DNA of 24,000 nucleotides from an uncultured Ruminococcus sp. (GTDB lineage: Bacteria > Bacillota > Clostridia > Oscillospirales > CAG-272): assembly GCA_964638045.1 (NCBI GenBank), contig CAZWXE010000001.1:6550-30549 (forward strand), given 5' to 3'. The translations under genes were made by a program, and so were the position numbers. The notes below the pieces were generated by a model. It was not told the DNA's origin. It was given only the letters and a program-made list of their open reading frames with translations, and ran no database searches. This document shows, piece by piece, positions 17,040 to 24,000 of the stretch (position 1 is its first letter; the number at the start of each line of letters is the position of its first letter).

Positions 17040-17774
17040 ATGTCAGGACACAGTAAATGGGCGAATATTAAGCACAAGAAGGAAAAAACCGATGCCGCAA
17101 GAGGTAAGATTTTCACCAAAATCGGCAAGGAGATTACCGTTGCGGTAAAGGAAGGCGGAGGAGACCCCGTTTCCAACTCTAAGCTTCGTGATTTGATTCA
17201 AAAGGCAAAGGCCAACAACGTACCCAACGACAATATCGAGCGTTGTATCAAAAAGGCAATGGGCTCCACCGCGGAAACCTATGAGGAAGTAACCTATGAG
17301 GGCTACGGTCCCGCAGGTGTAGCGGTGATTGTAACCGCCACCACCGATAACCGCAACCGTACTGCCGGAAACGTGCGTGCGTACTTTTCGAAATATCACG
17401 GCAACATGGGACAAACCGGGTGCGTCGGCTATTTGTTCTCCGACATCGGCGAAATTGTTATCAACAATGAGGATGGGGACATTGACGAGGACAAGCTGAT
17501 GGAATGTGCGCTGGAGGCAGGTGCATCCGATTTCAAATCGGACGGAGATGTTTTTGTGGTATTTACCGAGCCGGATGATGTTTACGCGGTTCAAGATACC
17601 TTGAGAGAAGCGGGCTACGAGCTTCTTTCCGCCGAAAAGACCAAGCAGGCGTCCACATCGGTGACGTTGGAGAATGAGGACGACATCAAGTTTATGAATC
17701 TGTTGATTGAAAAGCTTGAGGAGGACGACGACGTCATGGATGTTTACCACAACTGGGAGAACTGCGACGATTGA
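17040..17774 (+). CDS. yebC: YebC/PmpR family DNA-binding transcriptional regulator
   Basis: MSGHSKWANIKHKKEKTDAARGKIFTKIGKEITVAVKEGGGDP...NVPNDNIERCIKKA is an almost invariant YebC N-terminus. Length is 244 aa. Confidence 0.9.
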   Translation: MSGHSKWANIKHKKEKTDAARGKIFTKIGKEITVAVKEGGGDPVSNSKLRDLIQKAKANNVPNDNIERCIKKAMGSTAETYEEVTYEGYGPAGVAVIVTATTDNRNRTAGNVRAYFSKYHGNMGQTGCVGYLFSDIGEIVINNEDGDIDEDKLMECALEAGASDFKSDGDVFVVFTEPDDVYAVQDTLREAGYELLSAEKTKQASTSVTLENEDDIKFMNLLIEKLEEDDDVMDVYHNWENCDD

Positions 17775-17820
17775 GCGTTGTGCTCCGCAGAGCAAGCAAT
17801 TCTTCTTACGGCGTGAAAAA

Positions 17821-17863
17821 GAACGCATCCAAAGCCGTACAAATGCTTCGAATGCGTTCTTTT
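17821..17863 (+). terminator. Candidate terminator hairpin after yebC
   Basis: GAACGCAT (17821-17828) pairs with ATGCGTTC (17852-17859). An inner AAGC/GCTT extension is possible. TTTT follows at 17860-17863. The loop is large and the U-tract short, so the call is weak. Confidence 0.4.
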
Positions 17864-18191
17864 CGGTATAGAAAAAAGAGCAAAATGCTCTGATGTATGA
17901 AAAATGCACACCTCAAAGGTTCCTGTGGGGGATGTCATAAGCTTGGCATTCACGTAGAACAGCACTGGGATGTGCAAAAAGGGGAACCTGCCGGAGTATT
18001 CCCCGACAGCAGAGATATTATACCTCAAAAAGCCTTTTTTGTAAATATTCAATTGTGACGAAAATCGGCAAAAAAATTTGTGTAAAAGCGTATGAAGTAG
18101 AAATTTTAAACGAAAAAGGCCTCTTTTTTTGTTGTTTTTTTCAATGGACACAGATGTCGTAGTAAAATGCCTTTTGGGAATGCTTGCACCG

Positions 18192-18246
18192 GAGCGTCAA
18201 TCGGAGCATTTCCCTTAAAAAGACCGCTTCGAAACGCTCTTTTTTT
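18192..18246 (+). terminator. Candidate intrinsic terminator inside the yebC-infC gap
   Basis: GAGCGT (18192-18197) pairs with ACGCTC (18234-18239), and TCGGAGC (18201-18207) pairs with GCTTCGA (18226-18232, one G-U). That gives a 13-bp interrupted stem followed by T7 (18240-18246). It lies 50 bp upstream of the infC -35, so it would insulate the infC promoter or end an unannotated transcript. Confidence 0.4.
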
Positions 18247-18295
18247 CGATTTTTCCGTTTGGAGAAAAAAGAAAAATATTTTTTGATAAAAGCTA

Positions 18296-18324
18296 TTGAC
18301 AAGCGGGCGAAAACGGAGTATAAT
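18296..18324 (+). promoter_or_regulatory. Strong sigma-A promoter of the infC-rpmI-rplT operon
   Basis: TTGACA (18296-18301), a 17-bp spacer, then TATAAT (18319-18324). Both hexamers are perfect consensus. An A/T-rich UP-element-like tract precedes it (18262-18295). Confidence 0.7.
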
Positions 18325-18330
18325 ATTACA

Positions 18331-18462
18331 GAAAACAAAGCAGAGCTCTCCGCTCTCACCGTAACACCCGTTGTGCTTGCGGTTGATATTACCCGAGCCC
18401 ACAGGTGGGGCTGTGGTCCCGTGCGGAGATTTTCATGTCTTTGTACGGTTATTTTTTTGCTT
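18331..18462 (+). promoter_or_regulatory. infC operon leader; candidate L20-responsive (L20_leader-type) attenuator
   Basis: About 130 nt of untranslated leader lies between the predicted TSS and the infC SD. It contains the hairpin CCACAG-GTGGGG-CTGTGG (18399-18416). It has long-range complementarity between ACCGTA (18358-18363) and TACGGT (18444-18449). It also has the stem CCGTGC/GTACGG (18419-18424 / 18443-18448) followed by TTATTTTTTT (18449-18458). Firmicute infC operons are known to be controlled by an L20-binding leader. I could not align this leader to the Rfam model by eye. Confidence 0.4.
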
Positions 18463-18473
18463 GGAGGTGTTGG

Positions 18474-19007
18474 ATTATTAGCGCAAAGGACAGAGAGAAG
18501 GAAAACCTGCTCAACGAGGAGATTGATGCCAAGGAGGTTCGCCTGATCGGCCCCAACGGTGAAACGATGGGAATCATGAGTTCTTCCAAGGCGTTGGAGA
18601 TTGCGTACGACCAGGGAATGGATTTGGTCATGATGACGTCGCAGTCAATTCCGCCCGTATGTAAGATTATGGACTACGGAAAGTTCCGTTTCGAGCGTGT
18701 AAAGCGTGAAAAGGAAGCGAAGAAGAAGCAACAGGTCATTGAATTGAAGGAAATTCAGCTTTCTTGTCGCATTGACACGCATGACTTTGAAACAAAGGTC
18801 AAGCATGCACACCGTTTTTTGACAGACGGAAACAAGGTGCGTGTTGTGATGAAGTTTAAGGGCCGCGAAATGAGCCATATGAACATCGGACGTGAAATTT
18901 TGGAGCGCTTTGAGGAGGCTTGCGCGGAGCTTGGCTCGGTGGATAAAAAGCCTTCGCTGGAAGGACGCTTCATGAGCATGGTCATTGTACCTGTCAAGGC
19001 AAAGTAA
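18474..19007 (+). CDS. infC: Translation initiation factor IF-3, with a non-AUG (ATT) start
   Basis: ...EVRLIGPNGETMGIM...PPVCKIMDYGKFRFE...LKEIQL...KFKGREMSH... is unmistakably IF-3. GGAGGTG at 18463-18469 is followed by in-frame ATT ATT at 18474/18477. Starting at 18474 gives (M)ISAKD..., which matches the B. subtilis MISKD... N-terminus, and a product of 177 aa. The upstream GTG at 18405 and ATG at 18435 have no SD and lie inside the leader. Confidence 0.9.
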   Translation: MISAKDREKENLLNEEIDAKEVRLIGPNGETMGIMSSSKALEIAYDQGMDLVMMTSQSIPPVCKIMDYGKFRFERVKREKEAKKKQQVIELKEIQLSCRIDTHDFETKVKHAHRFLTDGNKVRVVMKFKGREMSHMNIGREILERFEEACAELGSVDKKPSLEGRFMSMVIVPVKAK

Positions 19008-19107
19008 TCCTTCGCGGGCATCGAAAGCTGCTTTGAACCGCAAAAAAACAACAAAATGAGAATGACTTCGGCTACCCAACGCCGAAGGATGAAAAGGAGT
19101 TATGAAA

Positions 19108-19302
19108 ATGGGAAAGGTCAAAACACATAAGGCTTCTGCCAAGAGATTTTCCGTTACTGCAAACGGCAAGGTAAAGATGTTCCACAGCTCTCACCGTCAT
19201 AAGACCGGTCAGAAGAGCGCAAAGCGTCTGAGACATCTGCGCTCCAGCGCAATGCTTCAGGGCAAGATGGCAGAGAACATGAAAACCTTGATTATGAAAT
19301 GA
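19108..19302 (+). CDS. rpmI: 50S ribosomal protein L35
   Basis: MGKVKTHKASAKRFSVTANGKVK...HRHKTGQKSAKRLRHLR is the typical L35 sequence. AGGAG at 19095-19099 sits 8 nt before the ATG at 19108. The track start at 19102 is only 2 nt from the SD. Confidence 0.9.
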   Translation: MGKVKTHKASAKRFSVTANGKVKMFHSSHRHKTGQKSAKRLRHLRSSAMLQGKMAENMKTLIMK

Positions 19303-19325
19303 GAAGAAACGGAGGATTTTAAAAA

Positions 19326-19679
19326 ATGGCAAGAGTAAAGGGCGCAATGATGACGCGCAAAAGAAGAAAAGCGACATTGAAGGCTGCAAAGGGCTATTGG
19401 GGCGCAAAGTCCAAGCACTTTAAGATGGCAAAGCAAGCCGTGATGAAGAGCGGAAACTATGCCTTCGCCGGAAGAAAGATGAAAAAGAGAGACTTCCGTT
19501 CCTTGTGGATTACCAGAATTTCCGCACAGGCAAAGGTTTGCGGCATGAACTATTCCACCTTCATGCACGGACTGAAGAAGGCCGGCATCAACCTCAACCG
19601 GAAGATGCTGTCCGAAATCGCAATTTCCGACAAGGAAGCATTTGCGGCATTGGCAGAGCAGGCAAAAGCGGCACTTTGA
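19326..19679 (+). CDS. rplT: 50S ribosomal protein L20
   Basis: [65 protein letters not shown]... is canonical L20, 117 aa. Confidence 0.95.
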   Translation: MARVKGAMMTRKRRKATLKAAKGYWGAKSKHFKMAKQAVMKSGNYAFAGRKMKKRDFRSLWITRISAQAKVCGMNYSTFMHGLKKAGINLNRKMLSEIAISDKEAFAALAEQAKAAL

Positions 19680-19691
19680 TGCAGCAGTTCG

Positions 19692-19720
19692 AAAACCCGA
19701 TGGTTTCATCGGGTTTTTTT
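19692..19720 (+). terminator. Intrinsic terminator of the infC-rpmI-rplT operon
   Basis: A perfect 11-bp stem pairs AAAACCCGATG (19692-19702) with CATCGGGTTTT (19707-19717) around the 4-nt loop GTTT. The T-run continues to 19720. Confidence 0.85.
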
Positions 19721-19784
19721 CCGTACATGGAGATGCTTTTGTTCCCGCTTTTGAGGGATATTTTTTTGCAAAGGGGGAGCCTTG

Positions 19785-20621
19785 ATGGTTTTCAAACAAG
19801 AAATAATCAGTTCCAGACAGAATCAAAATGTTGTGCTGCTGTGTAAGCTTTCCGACCGAAAGGAACGCGAAAAAACGGGGTTGTTCCGATTTGACGGAGT
19901 GAAGCTGTTGGGTGAGGCTTTGCGCAACGGGGTGGACCTACATGCACTTTTCTTTCGTGCGTCCTCGTGTGACGCCCTACTGTCCAAGCTTTCGGAAGCA
20001 CAACAAGCGGAGCTTTCGCGCCTTGCAAGCCCCTCTTTTTTACTTTCGGATGCATTGTTTGATAAAATTTCAGAGGAAAAATCGCCCGAAGGTGTGATAT
20101 GTGTGGCAAAATATATTGACAAATTTCAAAAAAAGATTACAATATATAATAGCGATGATTTTTTGAAGCTGAAAAACGAGAAAATCGTGCTGTTGGAGTC
20201 GGTGCGTGACCCTTCCAACATCGGCGCGATTATCCGCAGCGCTGCGGCATTCGGCATCGACCGCCTGCTCATCAGTGCGGATTGTGCCGACATCTATCAC
20301 CCCAAGGCTGTCCGCGCTTCCATGGGGACCCTGTTTTCTCAGGCGATTGACCGTACCGAGGACTTGCCTGCGGCGATTCGGGCGTTGCGCGAGACGGGAA
20401 GGCGCGTCTATGCCGCCGCACTGGACGAGAGCGCTTTGACGCTTGGAACGGTACCCCTGCAAAAGGGGGATTGTGTGGTCATCGGCAACGAGGGGCACGG
20501 GCTGACGGAGAGTACGGCGGCCGCATGTGACGGCAGCATCATCATTCCCATGAGCAACCGTGCCGAGTCCCTCAATGCGGCGGTTGCGGCCTCTATTTTG
20601 ATGTGGGAGTTTTCCAGATGA
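19785..20621 (+). CDS. TrmH/SpoU-family RNA 2'-O-methyltransferase (RlmB/YsgA-like, group 3)
   Basis: An N-terminal substrate-binding-like domain is followed by the SPOUT motifs LLESVRDPSNIGAIIRSAAAFG, VIGNEGHGL and SLNAAVAASILMWE. GGGGGAG lies 5 nt upstream of the ATG at 19785; the track uses TTG at 19782. Confidence 0.85.
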   Translation: MVFKQEIISSRQNQNVVLLCKLSDRKEREKTGLFRFDGVKLLGEALRNGVDLHALFFRASSCDALLSKLSEAQQAELSRLASPSFLLSDALFDKISEEKSPEGVICVAKYIDKFQKKITIYNSDDFLKLKNEKIVLLESVRDPSNIGAIIRSAAAFGIDRLLISADCADIYHPKAVRASMGTLFSQAIDRTEDLPAAIRALRETGRRVYAAALDESALTLGTVPLQKGDCVVIGNEGHGLTESTAAACDGSIIIPMSNRAESLNAAVAASILMWEFSR

Positions 20622-20669
20622 CGTGAACCGTTCGAGACGTTATTCGACGCTTGACAGAAAGGAGCTTTT

Positions 20670-21959
20670 ATGCAACAACGGGATGCCCTTTTTTGGGTGT
20701 GGCTATCCGAGGCCACAGGCCCTGCCTGTAAGGATTTTAAAACCCTGATTGAGCTGTACGAGAATCCGTATGACATTTTTCATGCGGATGAATCGGAGCT
20801 CGAACGCGTTCCTTATTTGACACAACGAACCTTCGATGCTTTGCGCCAAAAGGATTTACAGCCCGCGTATGCGATTCTCGGCCGTTGCGAAAAGCTTGGC
20901 ATTGAAATTCTGACCTATCACGATGAGCGCTATCCGAAGCTGCTTCGCGAAATCAAGGCGCCGCCCGCGTTGCTGTATTATCGCGGCACTCTTCCGAATT
21001 TCAACGAGTCGCTCTGCGTGGGGATGGTCGGAACGCGGAACATGAGTGAATACGGCATGGAAACCGCGTATAAAATATCTTATGAGTTGGCGGCTGCCGG
21101 AGCGGTAACCGTCAGCGGAATGGCCACGGGCATCGACGGCGTTTGCGCCGGTGCAACCATTGCCGCAAAAGGGAAAACCGTAGCTGTGCTGGGGTGCGGA
21201 GTGGATGTGCTCTATCCGTACCATCACCGTCGGCTCGGCGAGGCAATTGCTCAAAACGGTGCGCTGATTTCCGAGTATGCACCCGGGGTGAAGCCCGTTC
21301 ATTATCATTTTCCCGTGCGCAACCGCATCATCAGCGGAATGACTCAGGGAACGGTTGTGGTGGAGGCCGGCGTCCAAAGCGGCTCCCTGATTACCGCGCG
21401 CGATGCCGTTTTGCAGGGAAGAGACGTATTTGCGCTTCCGGCCAATGTCGGGAGCAAGGGCGCAGAGGGAACCAACGGGCTGCTGCGAGACGGTGCGAAT
21501 TTATTGCTGGATACCGGAGATATTCTCCGAAAATACGATTATATTTTTGCGGAAGCAATCAATTACGAGGCCTTTGAAAAAGCCAAAAAGCATTCTGCGG
21601 CGGACCGTCGGTGGTTGGACAGTCTCGGGGTGATTTCCTTGCAGAAGCCCTCCGAGAGCGGCTCCGCTCAGGCCCGAAGCGCTTTGGTGAAGGCTTCCGG
21701 CTCTGTGACAAAGGAAACGAAAAAAGAGACCGAGAATCGGGAACGAAAGGACAAAATCGCATCGGCGGAAAAGCCGTTGCCCACCCTTTCGCCCGTTCAA
21801 TATGCGGTGCTGGAGGCCATTCCGGACGACGGTGCGGTTTCCGCAGACGCGTTCAGTACTTTGGGGCATCCTTACGGTGAAACCGTTGCCGCCCTGACCA
21901 CATTGGAAATTATGGGGCTGGTGAAAAAGCTGCCCGGTGCACTTTATATCAGAGCATAA
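20670..21959 (+). CDS. dprA: DNA processing protein DprA (Smf)
   Basis: YPKLLREIKAPPALLYYRG, VGTRNMSEYG, VSGMATGIDG, FPVRNRIISG and VVVEAGVQSGSLITA show the Rossmann-like DprA core. A K/E-rich linker and a C-terminal winged-helix-like segment follow (LSPVQYAVLEAI...TLEIMGLVKK). The conserved dprA-topA adjacency is present. Confidence 0.9.
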   Translation: MQQRDALFWVWLSEATGPACKDFKTLIELYENPYDIFHADESELERVPYLTQRTFDALRQKDLQPAYAILGRCEKLGIEILTYHDERYPKLLREIKAPPALLYYRGTLPNFNESLCVGMVGTRNMSEYGMETAYKISYELAAAGAVTVSGMATGIDGVCAGATIAAKGKTVAVLGCGVDVLYPYHHRRLGEAIAQNGALISEYAPGVKPVHYHFPVRNRIISGMTQGTVVVEAGVQSGSLITARDAVLQGRDVFALPANVGSKGAEGTNGLLRDGANLLLDTGDILRKYDYIFAEAINYEAFEKAKKHSAADRRWLDSLGVISLQKPSESGSAQARSALVKASGSVTKETKKETENRERKDKIASAEKPLPTLSPVQYAVLEAIPDDGAVSADAFSTLGHPYGETVAALTTLEIMGLVKKLPGALYIRA

Positions 21960-21992
21960 ATCGCTGTTACAAAAGAGAGAAAGGAATAAAAC

Positions 21993-24000
21993 ATGGCAAA
22001 CAATTTGGTGATTGTGGAGTCCCCCTCTAAGGCATTGACCATTAAGGGATACCTCGGAACCAATTACAAGGTAGTTGCTTCCATCGGGCACGTCCGTGAC
22101 CTTCCGAAAAGCAGTCTTGGAATTGACATCGAGCACGATTTCGATGCACATTATATCAACATTCGAGGCAAGGGAGATTTGATTAAGGAGCTCCGAAAGG
22201 AGGCCAAAGCGGCCAACAAGGTTTTTCTTGCAACCGACCCCGACCGCGAAGGAGAGGCCATTTCCTGGCATCTTGCGGCGGCACTTGCGCTTCCGGAGGA
22301 TAAAATTTACCGTATTTGCTTCAATGAAGTAACCAAAACGGCTGTGCGTACTGCCATCAAGGCTCCGCGTCAAATCGACATGGACCTGGTCAATTCTCAG
22401 CAAACCAGACGTATTTTGGACCGCATCCTCGGCTATAAGCTCAGCCCGCTGCTTTGGAAAAATGTCAAAAGCGGGTTGAGCGCAGGACGCGTACAGTCGG
22501 TTGCTACCCGAATCGTCGTGGAAAGGGAAGAGGAAATCCGCAATTTCGTTCCCGAAGAATATTGGACCATTGATTCCACCCTGTACAGCAAGGACAATAA
22601 AAAATTTCAAGTTCATTTCTGGGGCAATGCCGACGGAAAGATGCGCCTGACCAACGAAGCACAGGCGTTGGCGGTGGCAAATGCCGTCAACGGAAAGCCT
22701 TATACGGTTTCCTCCGTGCGCCGTGCCGAGCGCCGTAAAATGCCTGCCGCACCTTTTACCACCTCCACCTTGCAGCAGGAGGCGTTTCGCAAGCTGGGCT
22801 TCCAATCTCAAAGAACCATGCGTGTCGCACAGGAGCTTTACGAAGGCGTCAACCTCGGCTCCGAGCTTGGCGGGGTACAGGGTTTGATTACCTATATGCG
22901 TACCGACTCGGTTCGTGTGTCTGTTGACGCTCAAACGGCCGCAAGAGAATTTATTACGCAAAAGTACGGGGAGCGCTATTGCCCGGAGGTTCCCAGAGTT
23001 TATAAAACCAAGGCAGGCGCCCAGGACGCGCACGAGGCCATTCGTCCCGCAAGAGCGGATTATGAGCCGCACAAAATTTCCAAGCACCTGACGCCCGACC
23101 AGAACAAATTGTATAAGCTGATTTGGGAGTGCTTTATTGCCAGCCAAATGGAATCCGCGGTGTTGGATACCATCTCCATCGATTTCGATGCTGCCGGATA
23201 TATCTTCCGTACCAGCGGATATTCCGTAGCTTTTCCCGGTTACATGGCACTGTATGAGGAAAGTGAGGAGGAAACCGGTAATCAGGAGGAGCAGAAGGAG
23301 GTCAAGGACATTCGTCTGCCTCAATTGGAAGCCGGCGAGGCCCTGCGGGCGGATGACGCGGACCTGACACAGCATTTTACCGAGCCTCCCGTTCGTTATA
23401 ACGATGCTTCGCTGATTCGAATGCTCAAGGATTTGGACATCGGACGTCCCAGTACCTACACTGCCATTATTACGACCATCATCACCAGAAATTACGTCAA
23501 GCGCGAGGGCAAGAGCTTTGTGCCTACGCCGCTGGGTGAGGTCACCAACCGCCTGATGAAGGAAAATTTCCCGACTATTGTAGATTACGGGTTTACCGCG
23601 GATATGGAGCGTGAGCTGGATGAAATCGAGTCCGGTAACGCAACCATGCTGGATGTTTTGGGCGAATTTTGGAAGGACTTTTCCAAGCAGCTGGAGGAGG
23701 CCGAAAAGAGCATCGGTGCCAACACCATTGAAATTCCTCCGGAGGAAACCGATTTCATTTGCGAAAAGTGCGGCAGTCGCATGGTGGTTCGCAACGGGCG
23801 TTTCGGCAAGTTTGCCGCTTGCCCCAACTATCCGAATTGTCGCAACACCAAGCCCCTGACGGCGCCTGTTGCCGACGAACGCACTGCGGAGGGGCAGGAT
23901 GCGGAAAAGAAGACTCCCGTGATTGCGGACTTCAAGTGCGAGAAATGCGGCTCGGATATGCTCCTGCGCACCGGCAAATTCGGCAGCTTCTATGCTTGCA
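21993..24000 (+). CDS. topA: DNA topoisomerase I (type IA), N-terminal ~669 aa; continues beyond the window end
   Basis: Absent from the ORF track because it has no stop in the window. The ATG at 21993 follows AGAGAGAAAGGA. The translation MANNLVIVESPSKALTIKGYLG... (TOPRIM) includes DPDREGEAISWH and the active-site block GLITYMRTDS. It ends with C-terminal zinc ribbons (CEKCGSRMVV...CPNYPNC; CEKCGSDMLL...). The frame is open to 24000. The 624-aa antisense ORF at 21501..23375 is its shadow. Confidence 0.95.
   Translation, partial: MANNLVIVESPSKALTIKGYLGTNYKVVASIGHVRDLPKSSLGIDIEHDFDAHYINIRGKGDLIKELRKEAKAANKVFLATDPDREGEAISWHLAAALALPEDKIYRICFNEVTKTAVRTAIKAPRQIDMDLVNSQQTRRILDRILGYKLSPLLWKNVKSGLSAGRVQSVATRIVVEREEEIRNFVPEEYWTIDSTLYSKDNKKFQVHFWGNADGKMRLTNEAQALAVANAVNGKPYTVSSVRRAERRKMPAAPFTTSTLQQEAFRKLGFQSQRTMRVAQELYEGVNLGSELGGVQGLITYMRTDSVRVSVDAQTAAREFITQKYGERYCPEVPRVYKTKAGAQDAHEAIRPARADYEPHKISKHLTPDQNKLYKLIWECFIASQMESAVLDTISIDFDAAGYIFRTSGYSVAFPGYMALYEESEEETGNQEEQKEVKDIRLPQLEAGEALRADDADLTQHFTEPPVRYNDASLIRMLKDLDIGRPSTYTAIITTIITRNYVKREGKSFVPTPLGEVTNRLMKENFPTIVDYGFTADMERELDEIESGNATMLDVLGEFWKDFSKQLEEAEKSIGANTIEIPPEETDFICEKCGSRMVVRNGRFGKFAACPNYPNCRNTKPLTAPVADERTAEGQDAEKKTPVIADFKCEKCGSDMLLRTGKFGSFYAC

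Noticed and set aside
17897-18058. A 53-codon plus-strand ORF in the yebC-infC gap containing a CGGCH (CxxCH-like) motif
   Set aside because: It has no Shine-Dalgarno sequence upstream and mixed codon usage unlike the neighbouring genes. A single CxxCH in a cytoplasmic-looking peptide is not evidence for a cytochrome. It is kept only as a note inside the gap finding.
21501-23375. A 624-aa minus-strand ORF, the longest ORF in the supplied track for this region
   Set aside because: It lies antisense to dprA and topA, whose plus-strand translations carry unmistakable family motifs. Its product is Gly/Arg/Leu-rich low-information sequence with no SD. It is a shadow ORF, as expected in a GC-rich codon-biased gene.
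1-24000. A scan for CRISPR arrays, tRNA/rRNA genes, IS elements, integrases, phage or defence-island genes, toxin-antitoxin pairs and long direct or inverted repeats
   Set aside because: None was seen by eye. Every sizeable ORF is accounted for by a recognisable housekeeping family. The only repeats noticed are short terminator-type inverted repeats and chance 7-mers (for example AAAATGC three times in 17880-18171).

Overview
The window is gene-dense and looks moderately GC-rich by eye. It reads as core chromosome of a Gram-positive anaerobe of the Clostridia type; that placement is an inference from the gene content (rubredoxin, SpoVB-like and CwlD-like sporulation genes) and from gene order. 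I support 24 protein-coding genes. Two are truncated by the window edges and so are missing from the supplied ORF track: a SpoVB-like flippase at 1-1020 (-) and topA at 21993-24000 (+). The centre is the conserved Firmicute block nusB / xseA-xseB / ispA / tlyA / nadK / argR / recN. It is packed tightly enough, with three 4-nt ATGA overlaps, to look like one long operon. It is followed by ybaK, argS, yebC, the infC-rpmI-rplT operon, a TrmH-family methyltransferase, dprA and topA. Upstream lie rubredoxin, polA, radA and a CwlD-like amidase. I found no tRNA or rRNA genes, CRISPR array, transposase or integrase, long repeats, or recognisable defence or toxin cassette. I see no convincing evidence for a novel multi-gene system here. 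The observations most worth a second look are: (1) a divergent TsaD/Kae1-family paralog translationally coupled between nusB and xseA; (2) an unusually long, AT-rich, structure-rich ~0.5 kb non-coding gap between yebC and the infC promoter; (3) a DUF212/divergent-PAP2 membrane protein sitting next to ispA where B. subtilis has dxs; (4) the synteny break after recN, where spoIVB-spo0A is absent. All long antisense ORFs in the track (up to 624 aa) are rejected as shadow ORFs. All motif and alignment statements were made by eye from the sequence. No database search was run.
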